Shown: positions 18,789-29,534 of the stretch, piece after piece | Numbering within the stretch: the stretch's first letter is position 1 | Layout of the letters: each line of letters begins with the position of its first letter | DNA from: an uncultured Christensenella sp. | Lineage (GTDB): Bacteria; Bacillota; Clostridia; Christensenellales; UBA3700 | Assembly (NCBI GenBank): GCA_949287655.1 | Contig: CASEHD010000003.1 | Coordinates: forward strand, 6,897 to 70,896 | Length of the DNA: 64,000 bases | Direction of reading: 5' to 3' | The notes under the pieces: model-generated | Told to the model about the DNA's origin: nothing | Databases searched by the model: none | The model's input: only the letters and a program-made list of their open reading frames with translations | Translations under genes and position numbers: made by a program

Positions 18789-19931
18789 ATGATCTATCTG
18801 GATAACGCCGCGACCACGGCAATGTTTCCCGAATGCGTCGATATCATAAAAAAGTACGCGGTAGACGAGTATTTCAACCCGTCAGCGCTGTATGCGCCCG
18901 CAATAATCGCGGCGAAAGCGGTAAAGGGAGCGAGAGAACAGCTCGCGAAGGCGCTGGGATGCGCGGCGGACAATATCGTTTTCACCGCTTCGGGCAGCGA
19001 AGCTGACAACTTCGCGCTGTCCTCAGGTCCGCGAAAGAGAAAGGGCAGGATCGTAATATCGGCGGTCGAGCACGCCGCTGTATTCAACTGCGCAAAAGCT
19101 ATGGCGGACAAGGGGTACGAAGTCGTTGTCGCGCCTTGCGACAATTACGGTCGCGTCATCGAAGAGGAATTTGTAAAGCTTCTTGACGACGACGTCGTTC
19201 TCGTTTCGATAATGCACGTTTGCAACGAAACCGGCGCGCTCAACGATATAAAAAAGCTTTGCGCCGAGGTCAAAAAGAAGTGCAAAGACGCCGTATTTCA
19301 CAGCGACGGCGTACAGGCGTTCTGCAAGACGCGGTTTTCGGTAAAAGATCTGGGCGTGGATCTGTATTCGGTAAGCGGACACAAGATACACGCGCCAAAA
19401 GGTATCGGCGCGCTGTACATAGCGCCAGGGCTTAATCTGCAACCATTTATTTACGGCGGCGGACAGGAGAGGAATTTGCGCTCCGGCACCGAAAACGTAG
19501 CGGAGATATGCGCTTTCGGCTATGCAGCGGAGAGGATGTCGGCGGATATAAACGCTAACTTCGACAGACAAAAAGAATTGCAAAAACTTCTTGTCGGAGG
19601 TCTTAGGTCGGCGTTTTCAGACGGCGTAAGGATAAACACGGATATCCAAAGAAGCGGCGCTCATATCGTAAGCTTTTCCTTTAACGGCATACGCGGCGAA
19701 GTTATGCTTCATTTCCTCGAAAGCATAGGGATAATAGTCGGCACCGGCAGCGCGTGTTCGTCAAAAAAAGCGGCTGAAAGGATCCCGGCGGCGCTCGGTC
19801 TGACCGGCGCGTTCAGAGAGGGAATTTTAAGGATAAGTTTTAACGAAAATACGGGCAAAGACGATATCAATGCGCTTCTCGCCGCGCTTATCGAAGGCGC
19901 GAATTTACTGGGAAAATACAGGAGAGTGTGA
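18789..19931 (+). CDS. cysteine desulfurase (NifS/IscS-like)
   Basis: PLP Lys in 'SGHKIHAPKG', 'RSGTEN', active-site Cys in 'GSACSS'. Paired with thiI. Confidence 0.85.
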   Translation: MIYLDNAATTAMFPECVDIIKKYAVDEYFNPSALYAPAIIAAKAVKGAREQLAKALGCAADNIVFTASGSEADNFALSSGPRKRKGRIVISAVEHAAVFNCAKAMADKGYEVVVAPCDNYGRVIEEEFVKLLDDDVVLVSIMHVCNETGALNDIKKLCAEVKKKCKDAVFHSDGVQAFCKTRFSVKDLGVDLYSVSGHKIHAPKGIGALYIAPGLNLQPFIYGGGQERNLRSGTENVAEICAFGYAAERMSADINANFDRQKELQKLLVGGLRSAFSDGVRINTDIQRSGAHIVSFSFNGIRGEVMLHFLESIGIIVGTGSACSSKKAAERIPAALGLTGAFREGILRISFNENTGKDDINALLAALIEGANLLGKYRRV

Positions 19932-21109
19932 TGAAAAGCAAGGTAATACTGCTGAGATACGGCGAAATATTCTTAAAAGGCAGAAACAAAAGCTATTTTG
20001 AAAAACTGCTGATCGACAACATAAAGGCGAAACTCGCCGATATCGACTGCGAATTCGTAAGAACTCAGAACAGATACTATATAGAAAACTACGACGAAAA
20101 GCTGACGGACGAGATAGTAAGCCGAATGAAAAAAGTGTTCGGTCTTCATTCTTTAAGCGTCGCGACCAAAGTAAAGACGGACTACGACATGTTAAACGAA
20201 GTCGCGCTGGAATACGCTCCGGACGTAAACGCGACTTTCCGCATCACGGTCAACCGCGCGGATAAATCGCTCGACAAAAACTCCGCTCAGATAGGTGCGG
20301 ACGTCGGCGCTTATGTTCTTATGCGCCGCAAAGGTTATAAAGTGGATCTGCATAAGCCGGAAATAGAGATAAAGATAGATATCCGCGAAAGGGGTTATTC
20401 GTACGTTTTCAGAGACATAGAGCTTTGCGCGCAGGGCATGCCGGTCGGCTGTTCGGGCAAAGGTATGCTGCTTTTAAGCGGCGGTTTCGATTCTCCCGTT
20501 GCCGGATACAGAATGGCTCGCCGCGGTATGCAGATATCGGCGATACACTATCACAGTTTCCCGTATACCAGCGAACTGGCGAAACAAAAAGTCGTCGATC
20601 TCGCCGAGGTGCTTGCCGATTACGCTGGCGAGATCAGACTTTTCGTCGTGCCGTTTACCGAGATCCAGTTCGCGATACATGAAAATTGCAGAGCGGATTA
20701 TATGATAACGATAATGCGCCGTATAATGATAGATATTGCTGAAAGAGTCGCGAAAGAGAACGGCTGCGGCGCGCTGATAACGGGTGAAAGTCTGGGGCAG
20801 GTCGCCAGCCAGACTTTGCAGAGTCTTACCGTGACCAACGACGCGGTAGACGGTATTCCCGTATTCAGACCGCTTATCGGTATGGATAAGTATGAGATAA
20901 TGAAGACTGCGGAGGAGATAGGAACGTATAAGCTGAGCGAACTGCCTTATCAGGATTGTTGCACGGTGTTCCTTCCCAAAAATCCGGTCATCAAACCTTC
21001 GCTCGAAATTGCCAAAAAGGAACAGGCGAGGATAGAAAACCTTGAAGAGCTTATCGAAAACGCGATAAAGAATATAGAAACAGTCACTCTCGAACCCTGC
21101 AAAAGATAA
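19928..21109 (+). CDS. thiI: tRNA 4-thiouridine synthase ThiI
   Basis: THUMP-type N-terminus. PP-loop 'LLLSGGFDSPVA'. 4-nt overlap with the desulfurase gene. Confidence 0.9.
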   Translation: MMKSKVILLRYGEIFLKGRNKSYFEKLLIDNIKAKLADIDCEFVRTQNRYYIENYDEKLTDEIVSRMKKVFGLHSLSVATKVKTDYDMLNEVALEYAPDVNATFRITVNRADKSLDKNSAQIGADVGAYVLMRRKGYKVDLHKPEIEIKIDIRERGYSYVFRDIELCAQGMPVGCSGKGMLLLSGGFDSPVAGYRMARRGMQISAIHYHSFPYTSELAKQKVVDLAEVLADYAGEIRLFVVPFTEIQFAIHENCRADYMITIMRRIMIDIAERVAKENGCGALITGESLGQVASQTLQSLTVTNDAVDGIPVFRPLIGMDKYEIMKTAEEIGTYKLSELPYQDCCTVFLPKNPVIKPSLEIAKKEQARIENLEELIENAIKNIETVTLEPCKR

Positions 21110-21149
21110 CCGGCAATACAATTCATTTGAAATATTACGATAAAACACA

Positions 21150-21176
21150 AAAAAACGCGGAAAAACCGCGTTTTTA
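21150..21176. terminator. bidirectional terminator between thiI and the PBP gene
   Basis: 'aaaaaacgcgg aaaaa ccgcgttttt', with an A-run and a T-run on either side. Confidence 0.8.
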
Positions 21177-21268
21177 TGCTAAATCATCAATATCGGGTCG
21201 GGTATGCGATTGTTATAAAAATCGGGTTAATTTAGAATTATTCTAAAAACCGAACTAATTTATAACAA

Positions 21269-23533
21269 TTACCAGCCCACCGGAACGGTATATATTTCGC
21301 CGATCGTCTCTCTGCCGAGGTCGTCGATATAATATGGAACGACTACGTAGCGATTATAACCGAGAATCCCGTCGGCAGTATCGGTCACCGTCAATTCGCC
21401 CGCTTCGTTCTCTGCGTTTAAGATAACTTTGTCGTCGGTAAACAGAGATCTTTTTACGACTTTGTAATTTAAATGCGGGTCTGCGGTAAACGTTATCGTG
21501 ACTTTATTGCCGTCCACGCTTGCTTCCAGTCCTTTTGCGGTCGGATAATCGAAAGAAGAGTCTTTTTCTTCGGGCATATTGAAATAAGGGAATATCTCTT
21601 TGACGACGTATCTTTCGGGCGCGCTGTCGGAAGCCGCGATTATCTTTCCGTCCTTTTCGTAAGATATTTTATCGATGTTTATCTCGCTTATCCCTTTGGG
21701 CACGCTGAAATTTTCAGGCGTAAAACCGAGGTTAACTTCAGTCAGATAGTCTTTGCATGCGAGAGTAGGCAGCCCGCCGCCTGTTATTTTCGACGAGATC
21801 GGGCAGTCGTATCTTTCGGACCCCTGCCAGAAAAGCACACAATCGCGCGTCGTATAGCTTACATTGTACGCGTCGGCGTTTCCGTTTCCCGCCGCGACCG
21901 TTCCCGTCTTTGAAGCGACTTCGAAGTTGAGTGAAGACAGCTTTTTCGCAGTCCCGTACTTGGCGGCAGATATCAGAGAATTCGTCATAAGATAAGCGGT
22001 TTCTTCGGAAAACACGCGTTTCCCGCCGTTTTCGAAGTTTTTATATACGATGTTTCCGTTCCTGTCTTCGATATATTTTATAAAAGTCGCGCGTCTGTGC
22101 GTCCCGCCGCAGGCAAGGGTAAGATATCCGCTCAATATCTCGATAAAGGACACGCCGTCAGCTGTGCTGCCGAGAGCGAGAGACAGATTGTCGTCGTTTT
22201 CGGACAGTCTGAATCCCATGTCGGCAAGCGCGCGGTATCCGTTCTGCACGCCGATCTGCCTTAAAGTCGCGACGGCGGGAATGTTGAGAGAATAGGCGAT
22301 AGCGTCGCGCGCGGATATCTTGCCGTAATATTTACCGCCGTAGTTTTCAGGCGAATATCCGTTGAAATCGGTCGGGGCGTCGTCGAGTACGCTCGCGGGC
22401 GCAAGCGCTCCCGCTTCAAACGCCGGCGCATAGCAGACGAGAGGTTTTAGCACAGATCCCGCCTGTCTTCTGAATTCGCCGAAGTCGACAGCGAAATTTG
22501 AAAAAAGCGCGCGTACGCCGCCGGTCTTTACGTCGCAGTCGAGCGCCGCGAAAAGGGCATTTTCATCGATATAATACGCATTGTCGTCGATAATGCCTTT
22601 AAGAGCGTTTTGTCTTTGAACGTCGAGGTACGTGTAAAGTTTATATCCCTGCGCCCGCAGTCCTTTTTCGTCTGTTTTCAGTATGTCGCAAGCTTCGCTA
22701 AGCGCGTTCACAACATATGTTCTGTCAAAATCGAGCGCGCTTTTGTCGTCGGCTATAACGACGTTTTCGTTTATTGCGGCGTTGTATTCGTTGTCCGTGA
22801 TCATTCCTTGTTCTTTCATTAGAGACAGCACGAGTTTTGCGCGTTCGATCGAATTTTCGGGGTTGTTTATCGGATTGTATTTTGTAGGACTTTTGACGAT
22901 CCCGGCGAGTATTGCGCATTCAGCGAGCGAAAGGTCTTTGACTTCTTTTGCGAAAAAGCGTCGCGAAGCGTTCTTTACGCCGTATTCTCCCGAGCCGAAA
23001 TAAAGCATATTGAGGTATGTTTCGAGAATTTTGTCTTTCGTCATTCTCCTTTCGAGAGATACGGCGAGGCGTGCCTCTTTAAGTTTCCTCGAAAAACTTT
23101 TTTCATTGGAAAGAAAAGCGTTTTTTACTATCTGCTGTGTGATAGTAGAGCCGCCCTGAGCGCGCCGTCCGCTTCTGACGTTGGCGACGAAAGCTCCCGC
23201 GATCCTGATATAGTCTACGCCGTGATGATCGAAAAATCGTTTGTCTTCCAGAGCGACGAACGCCTTTTTCAGGTTTTCGGGTATGTTTTCGCCGTCCGTC
23301 CGTATCTCTTCCGCGGCGCAGTAAGAGGTAAGGTTGCCGTTTGCGTCGTATACCTTGGGCAGAGAGTTTTCCGGCGATATCGCGTTTACGTCGATATCGG
23401 CGTCCGTATTGATGTATATTACGAACCCCGCCGCGGTCATAAGCGCGAAAAACAACGCTACCGCGAGAGCGACGGCGACGCCGCCGACGAATTTCTTTGC
23501 GAAAGTTGTTTTACTGTTTTTATTTGCACGCAT
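21269..23533 (-). CDS. class A penicillin-binding protein (PBP1A type)
   Basis: GT51 motifs 'EDKRFFDHHG', 'GGSTITQQ'. Transpeptidase 'SVLK' (SxxK), 'SLN', 'KTGT'. N-terminal TM. Confidence 0.9.
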   Translation of the reverse strand: MRANKNSKTTFAKKFVGGVAVALAVALFFALMTAAGFVIYINTDADIDVNAISPENSLPKVYDANGNLTSYCAAEEIRTDGENIPENLKKAFVALEDKRFFDHHGVDYIRIAGAFVANVRSGRRAQGGSTITQQIVKNAFLSNEKSFSRKLKEARLAVSLERRMTKDKILETYLNMLYFGSGEYGVKNASRRFFAKEVKDLSLAECAILAGIVKSPTKYNPINNPENSIERAKLVLSLMKEQGMITDNEYNAAINENVVIADDKSALDFDRTYVVNALSEACDILKTDEKGLRAQGYKLYTYLDVQRQNALKGIIDDNAYYIDENALFAALDCDVKTGGVRALFSNFAVDFGEFRRQAGSVLKPLVCYAPAFEAGALAPASVLDDAPTDFNGYSPENYGGKYYGKISARDAIAYSLNIPAVATLRQIGVQNGYRALADMGFRLSENDDNLSLALGSTADGVSFIEILSGYLTLACGGTHRRATFIKYIEDRNGNIVYKNFENGGKRVFSEETAYLMTNSLISAAKYGTAKKLSSLNFEVASKTGTVAAGNGNADAYNVSYTTRDCVLFWQGSERYDCPISSKITGGGLPTLACKDYLTEVNLGFTPENFSVPKGISEINIDKISYEKDGKIIAASDSAPERYVVKEIFPYFNMPEEKDSSFDYPTAKGLEASVDGNKVTITFTADPHLNYKVVKRSLFTDDKVILNAENEAGELTVTDTADGILGYNRYVVVPYYIDDLGRETIGEIYTVPVGW

Positions 23534-23592
23534 ATTAATATTTACCCGTAATTTTATTTGAATTTTGAGCTTGTTTTCGGTATAATTGTTAT

Positions 23593-24915
23593 ATGCAAAA
23601 ATACAGGATTATTACTTACGGCTGCCAGATGAACGTTCACGAATCCGAAAAAATAGCGGGCATACTGACAAAGCTGGGATATACGGAGGCAAACGAAGGG
23701 GAGGACGCGGACGTCGTCGTCTTCAATACCTGTTGCATACGCGACAACGCGGAGCGCAAGGCTATGGGGCATATCGGCATGCTCAAGACGGAAAAGAAAA
23801 AGAATCCTGCTATGATCGTCGCCGTTGTCGGTTGTATGACCCAGCAGGACGGCGCGGGCAGGGCACTCAGAGAAAAATTCCCGTTTATCGACATAGTCCT
23901 GGGCACGTCAAATCTCGCGCTTCTGGAAAGGTATATCCCGTCAGTCGCCGCGAGCCGTGAGAAATACGTGGATATCGACGAAAACGAATTGCCGCCGATA
24001 AACGAAAACGAGAGCTTTTACCGCACCAGCGGCGCCAACGCGTGGCTCAATATAATGTACGGCTGCAACAATTTCTGTACTTACTGCATCGTGCCGTACG
24101 TGCGCGGCAGGGAAAGAAGCCGCACGAAAGAGGCGATAAAAGACGAGTTTCTGCGCCTTGTCGACGAAGGCTATAAGGAGATAACCCTTCTGGGGCAGAA
24201 CGTCAATTCTTACGGAAAAGACCTTTACGGCGGCGAGTACGGCTTTGCGGAACTTCTCGAAGAGCTCGCTCAAGTGGGCGGCAAGCGCAGGATACGCTTT
24301 ATGACCTCGCACCCTAAGGATTTTAACAGAAAGCTTATAGACGTCATCGCCGGATATCCGAATATATGCAACAATATCCATTTGCCTGTGCAGTCAGGGT
24401 CGGATAAGATATTAAGGCTGATGAACAGGCATTATACGCGCGAATATTACCTCGACACGATCGCTGCGATACGCGAAAAACTTCCCGATTGCGGCATTAC
24501 GACAGACATCATGGTAGGTTTTCCGTACGAGGAAGAGAGCGATTTTCAGGACACTCTCGATATGGTGGAGAGAGTCAGATACAGCAACGCGTTTACTTTT
24601 GTATATTCGATGAGGAAGGGTACGCCCGCCGCAAAGATGCCGCAGGTGGATCCCGCGGTCGCGAAGGACAGGATAATGCGCCTTATCGCAGCACAGAACA
24701 AGATAACAAAAGAGCTCTCGAAAGAATACGAAAATAAGGTCTGCGAAATACTTTGCGAAGATGTTTCGCCCAACAAAAAAGGTTGCCTCTGCGGCAGGAC
24801 GGACAGCGGAAGACTGGTAACTTTCGAAGGAGGCAAGGATCTTATAGGTAAGTTCGTAAACGTAAAAATAACCCGCTCTCAGTCGGCTTCGCTTTTCGGC
24901 GTAACGGAGGAATAA
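23593..24915 (+). CDS. miaB: tRNA methylthiotransferase MiaB
   Basis: 'YGCQMN', radical-SAM 'CNNFCTYC', TRAM-like C-terminus. Precedes mutS. Confidence 0.85.
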   Translation: MQKYRIITYGCQMNVHESEKIAGILTKLGYTEANEGEDADVVVFNTCCIRDNAERKAMGHIGMLKTEKKKNPAMIVAVVGCMTQQDGAGRALREKFPFIDIVLGTSNLALLERYIPSVAASREKYVDIDENELPPINENESFYRTSGANAWLNIMYGCNNFCTYCIVPYVRGRERSRTKEAIKDEFLRLVDEGYKEITLLGQNVNSYGKDLYGGEYGFAELLEELAQVGGKRRIRFMTSHPKDFNRKLIDVIAGYPNICNNIHLPVQSGSDKILRLMNRHYTREYYLDTIAAIREKLPDCGITTDIMVGFPYEEESDFQDTLDMVERVRYSNAFTFVYSMRKGTPAAKMPQVDPAVAKDRIMRLIAAQNKITKELSKEYENKVCEILCEDVSPNKKGCLCGRTDSGRLVTFEGGKDLIGKFVNVKITRSQSASLFGVTEE

Positions 24916-24916
24916 T

Positions 24917-27508
24917 ATGGGACTTTCACCGATGATGAAATACTATCTCAGCGTTAAGGAAAAGTATAAGGACGCGATCCTGCTTTTCAGGCTGGGAGAC
25001 TTTTACGAAATGTTTTTCGAGGACGCTAAAGTTGCCAGTGAAGTCCTCGATCTTACGCTGACAGGCAGAGATTGCGGGCTTGAACAGCGCGCGCCGATGT
25101 GCGGCGTGCCGTATCATGCGGTCGACGGCTATATCTCCAAGCTGATCGCGAACGGATACAAAGTCGCGATATGTGAGCAGCTGACTTCTCCCGAAGAAAG
25201 CAAGGGCAATATGCTTGAACGAGACGTCGTCAGGGTGATAACTCCGGGCACGGTCATCGAGGACGATATTCTCGACGACAAAAAGAATAATTATCTTGTC
25301 AGTATCGCGGCGTATAAAAATACTTTCGCGCTCGCATGGGCGGACGTTTCGACAGGCGAATTCAACACGCTCGACAAAGAACTGACAGATTTTTCGTCGA
25401 TTGAGGACGCTTTGATAACGGTCACTCCCGCGGAAATAATCTGCAACGCCGCTACGCTTGCGCTTACGGGCGACGTTTCCGAAATGAGACTTTCCAAGCT
25501 TCCCAAATTCCAGAATTACAACGAATGGAGTTTTGAATATTCGAACGCGGAAAAGTCGCTGAAAGAACAGTTCTGCGTTTCAAGCCTCGACAAATTCGAG
25601 ATAAAGGATAAGAAAGCCTGCGTTATGGCTGCGGGCGCGCTGTGCACATATCTGAAAGAGACGCAGAAGCGCGCGCTTTCGCATATATCGGGGCTCCGCT
25701 ATATCCGCAACGAAAAGTATATGGTAATGGACGCGACCGCGCGACGCAACCTCGAAATAACTCAGAATGCGCGCGACGGTTCGACAAAGGCGACCCTTCT
25801 CAAAGTCATGGATAAGACCAGAACTTCGATGGGCGCGAGAAATCTCAGAAGATGGCTGGAACAGCCTTTAAGAGACGAAAAGGAGATAAACGACAGGCTG
25901 GACGCGGTCGAAGAACTTATCTCTTCAAGTAAGGTCAGAAGTAATCTGGACGTTGCGCTCGGACTCGTAAAAGACCTTGAAAGACTGTGCACCAAACTTG
26001 TATACGGCAGTCCTTCGCCGCGCGACTTTATCGCGATAAAACAGTCGCTGGAAGTGATACCGTCGATAAAGGAAACGCTTTCTCAATGCAAGAATCCGCT
26101 TCTTTGCTCGCTGAACGACAATATGTTCGAGCTTGAAAGCGAGTACAACATGCTCGCCGATATGCTGGACGACAATCCGCCCGCGCTGACCAAGGACGGC
26201 GGCTTTATAAGAAGAGGTTACAGCGAGGAACTCGACGGTTACAGAAATGCGAATACGGACGGCAAATCGTGGCTCGCAAAACTCGAAAACGACGAAAAGG
26301 AAGCGACCGGAATAAAGAACCTCAAAGTCGGATATAACAAGGTGTTCGGATACTATATCGAGGTCAGCAAAGGCAACGTCGACAAAGTACCTTTCAGATA
26401 CGTCCGCAAGCAGACCCTTACTACGGGCGAGAGATACATAACCGAAGAGCTGAAAGAGATTGAAGATAAGATACTCGGCGCGGTCGAAAAGAGCGTGAAG
26501 CTTGAGCTTATGTTCTTCGAGCAGATAAAACTTCAGATGCTGAAAGCTATACCCATGCTGCAATCCACAGCGCGCGCGGTAGCGGTATGCGACACACTTT
26601 TGTCGTTTGCAAAACTTTCTGCGGCGAACAATTACTGTAAACCGGTGATAAACGACGATATCGAAGTCATCAATATAAAGGACGGCAGGCACCCGGTCGT
26701 CGAAGCTCTTATGAAAGCGGACGAATTCGTCCCCAACGATACAGAACTGGACTGCTATCAGAACAGGACGATGATAGTCACGGGCCCTAATATGGCGGGC
26801 AAAAGCACTTATATGAGGCAGGTCGCGCTGATTACGTTTATGGCGCACGTCGGCTGTTTCGTGCCGGCAAAATCTGCCGAAATATCAATTACGGACAGGA
26901 TATTCACGCGTATCGGCGCGAGCGACGACCTCGCTTACGGTCAGAGCACGTTTATGGTCGAAATGGTCGAGGTCGCGACGATATTGCAGAACGCGACGAT
27001 GAGAAGTTTGCTTATCCTTGACGAGATCGGCAGGGGAACGTCGACTTTCGACGGCCTGTCGATCGCGAAAGCGGTGCTGGAAGACGTGACTTCCAGGATA
27101 CGTTGCAAGACGCTTTTCTCGACTCATTACCATGAACTTACAGAACTCGAAGGAACGCTCGAAGGCGCGGTAAACTATAAGATAGTCGCCGCGGAAAAGG
27201 ACAAGGGAATAATCTTCCTGCACAAGATAATGCGCGGCGGTACGAACAAGAGTTTCGGCATAGAGGTCGCAAAGCTTGCCGGGCTTCCGCAGAAAGTCAT
27301 CGCCCGCGCCCGCGCGGTATCCAGAGAGCTGGAGGCGGACGCGCACCGATCCAAAGTCGCGAAAGCCGACAACCGCGTGCCCGATATGGTCGATATGATG
27401 GAAGAAAAGGCTATAATTGACGAACTCAGGAGCATCGATGTGAACAATATGTCGCCGATACAGGCTTTGAACTCTCTGAGCGAACTTGTCAAAAAGTCGC
27501 TTAAATAG
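24917..27508 (+). CDS. mutS: DNA mismatch repair protein MutS
   Basis: 'GDFYEMFFEDA' mismatch-binding motif, Walker A 'GPNMAGKST', 'DEIGRGTSTFDG'. Confidence 0.95.
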   Translation: MGLSPMMKYYLSVKEKYKDAILLFRLGDFYEMFFEDAKVASEVLDLTLTGRDCGLEQRAPMCGVPYHAVDGYISKLIANGYKVAICEQLTSPEESKGNMLERDVVRVITPGTVIEDDILDDKKNNYLVSIAAYKNTFALAWADVSTGEFNTLDKELTDFSSIEDALITVTPAEIICNAATLALTGDVSEMRLSKLPKFQNYNEWSFEYSNAEKSLKEQFCVSSLDKFEIKDKKACVMAAGALCTYLKETQKRALSHISGLRYIRNEKYMVMDATARRNLEITQNARDGSTKATLLKVMDKTRTSMGARNLRRWLEQPLRDEKEINDRLDAVEELISSSKVRSNLDVALGLVKDLERLCTKLVYGSPSPRDFIAIKQSLEVIPSIKETLSQCKNPLLCSLNDNMFELESEYNMLADMLDDNPPALTKDGGFIRRGYSEELDGYRNANTDGKSWLAKLENDEKEATGIKNLKVGYNKVFGYYIEVSKGNVDKVPFRYVRKQTLTTGERYITEELKEIEDKILGAVEKSVKLELMFFEQIKLQMLKAIPMLQSTARAVAVCDTLLSFAKLSAANNYCKPVINDDIEVINIKDGRHPVVEALMKADEFVPNDTELDCYQNRTMIVTGPNMAGKSTYMRQVALITFMAHVGCFVPAKSAEISITDRIFTRIGASDDLAYGQSTFMVEMVEVATILQNATMRSLLILDEIGRGTSTFDGLSIAKAVLEDVTSRIRCKTLFSTHYHELTELEGTLEGAVNYKIVAAEKDKGIIFLHKIMRGGTNKSFGIEVAKLAGLPQKVIARARAVSRELEADAHRSKVAKADNRVPDMVDMMEEKAIIDELRSIDVNNMSPIQALNSLSELVKKSLK

Positions 27509-27515
27509 GTGAGAT

Positions 27516-29534
27516 ATGGCAGATATAAACATACTTGACAGCAGCGTTTACAATCTGATATCGGCAGGCGAGGTCGTCGAAAGACCGTCGTCTGTCGTAA
27601 AAGAACTGGTAGAAAACGCGATAGACGCAGGGGCTACAAAGATAACGTTGCAGATCGAGGAGGGCGGTATACGCTCGATAACCGTGACAGACAACGGCTG
27701 CGGTATGGACGCGCGCAATCTCGCTAAGGCGTTTTTGCCGCATGCGACCAGCAAACTGAAAGAGGCGGGAGATCTTGACAGTATTGCGACTTTGGGTTTC
27801 AGAGGAGAAGCGCTCGCTTCGATAGCCGCCGTCTCGCAGGTCACGGTAAAGACAAAAACCGCCGACGGAAAGCTGGGCAACGAAATGAAGGTGAGCGCGG
27901 GAAATGCAGGGGAGATAACCCCGTGCGGCTGCAACGACGGTACCGTGATAAAGGTCGAAAACCTGTTTTACAACACGCCCGTCCGCGCGCGCTTTTTAAA
28001 GAAAGCCAAAGCGGAAGAAGGATTCGTCACGCAGACGGTAAGCGCGCTAATCCTTTCAAATCCGGACGTTTCGTTCAGATATATCGTCGACGGCAAAGCG
28101 GTCTTCAATACGATCGGCGGGCTTGAGGACGCGGTTTTTCAGGTCTATTCAAACGACGTCGCCAACGAACTGATATATTTTGACGAAAGTTTTCCCGGCG
28201 GATACAGAGTATACGGCTATACCGGCAAAAAGTCGCTTTCCAAACATAATAAAAACTATCAGACGATAATAATCAACGGCAGAACGGTCCGGAACCAGAC
28301 CGTAAGCGTCGCTGCTATGCAGGCGTACGGCAACGCGATGATGAAACGCTGCTTCCCGGTGTTTGTTCTCAACATAGTCATGCCTTTCGACGACGTCGAC
28401 GTAAACGTTCACCCCGGCAAAAGCGAGGTGCGTTTCCGCGACTCCAACAAAGTGTTCTCATGCGTCTACCATGCGATCTCGATGGCTTTGGCGAGCGAAG
28501 AGGGAAGCGTTAAATTAGAAAAGCAAACAGATGTTCATATTTTGCAACCGCCGCACAAAAACGAAACGGCTTTTGAAAAGACCGAAGACAATGACGCTAA
28601 GCAAAACGAAAACGCCGGTAATGATAACGAAGATAACGCCGTTTCTTCCGTAAAAACAATAAAATACGGCGCACTTCCCGCCGATAACGGCGTGAATACG
28701 GATATTTCGTCCGTTATACGACCAGCCGCCGGAAACAGGCAAAAATACATCTTTAACGATGACGATGAAAAAATAAAAGGACCGGACAAAGTTATCTCAA
28801 AGCAACAACGAAAGATAGAATACTCAGAAGACGGCGGCTTTGCGCCGAAGTCGGCTTCTTCTGTCGGAAGCGGCGCTTTTAGAGTTTCCGCACCCGAGGT
28901 CGTTCAACCGTCGATCTACGACGACGGCGAGATATTTTCTGAGATCGAATCAAGCCTTTCATCGGGTTATGAGGTTGTCGGTCAGATTTTCAACACATAT
29001 CTTATACTGCAACAGGACGGCGTAGTCTATATCGTCGATCAGCACGCGGCGCACGAGAGATTTTTATATGACGAACTGATAAAAAAAGTCAATGCGCGCG
29101 AAGCGATCAGCCAGCCGATGATAGTGCCGTACATTCTCGACTGCGATAACTCCCAGCACGATTTTATTCTCGGTTGTATGGAAAATCTCAGGGCTCTCGG
29201 TTTTGATATAGAGGATTTCGGCGGGTTAAGTTTTAAGATAAACGCAATTCCGCAGGTCCTAGGCAATATAAACCTCGGCGTGTTTTTTGCGAATATCTTT
29301 TCTGAGCGCGGCAGGATCGGCAATATAAAGAGCGCGGATCTTATCAACGACAACCTGGCGCAGACCGCTTGCAAAGCCGCGATAAAAGCCGGCGATAAGC
29401 TGAGCGAGGAACAGATACGCAGCCTTCTCACGCAGATGAAAGACGGCGTTCCCGTTCAGTGTCCTCACGGCAGACCGGCGATCATTGCCGTTACGCGCAA
29501 GGACCTCGACAAGCTTTTCAAGAGGATAGTATGA
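27516..29534 (+). CDS. mutL: DNA mismatch repair protein MutL
   Basis: GHKL 'ELVENAIDAG', 'DNGCGM', 'GFRGEAL'. C-terminal endonuclease motif 'DQHAAHER'. Confidence 0.95.
   Translation: MADINILDSSVYNLISAGEVVERPSSVVKELVENAIDAGATKITLQIEEGGIRSITVTDNGCGMDARNLAKAFLPHATSKLKEAGDLDSIATLGFRGEALASIAAVSQVTVKTKTADGKLGNEMKVSAGNAGEITPCGCNDGTVIKVENLFYNTPVRARFLKKAKAEEGFVTQTVSALILSNPDVSFRYIVDGKAVFNTIGGLEDAVFQVYSNDVANELIYFDESFPGGYRVYGYTGKKSLSKHNKNYQTIIINGRTVRNQTVSVAAMQAYGNAMMKRCFPVFVLNIVMPFDDVDVNVHPGKSEVRFRDSNKVFSCVYHAISMALASEEGSVKLEKQTDVHILQPPHKNETAFEKTEDNDAKQNENAGNDNEDNAVSSVKTIKYGALPADNGVNTDISSVIRPAAGNRQKYIFNDDDEKIKGPDKVISKQQRKIEYSEDGGFAPKSASSVGSGAFRVSAPEVVQPSIYDDGEIFSEIESSLSSGYEVVGQIFNTYLILQQDGVVYIVDQHAAHERFLYDELIKKVNAREAISQPMIVPYILDCDNSQHDFILGCMENLRALGFDIEDFGGLSFKINAIPQVLGNINLGVFFANIFSERGRIGNIKSADLINDNLAQTACKAAIKAGDKLSEEQIRSLLTQMKDGVPVQCPHGRPAIIAVTRKDLDKLFKRIV

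Noticed and set aside
29459-29530. Upstream GTG start for miaA given in the ORF track.
   Set aside because: The extension lies inside mutL. The conserved P-loop N-terminus begins at ATG 29531, with the usual ATGA coupling.
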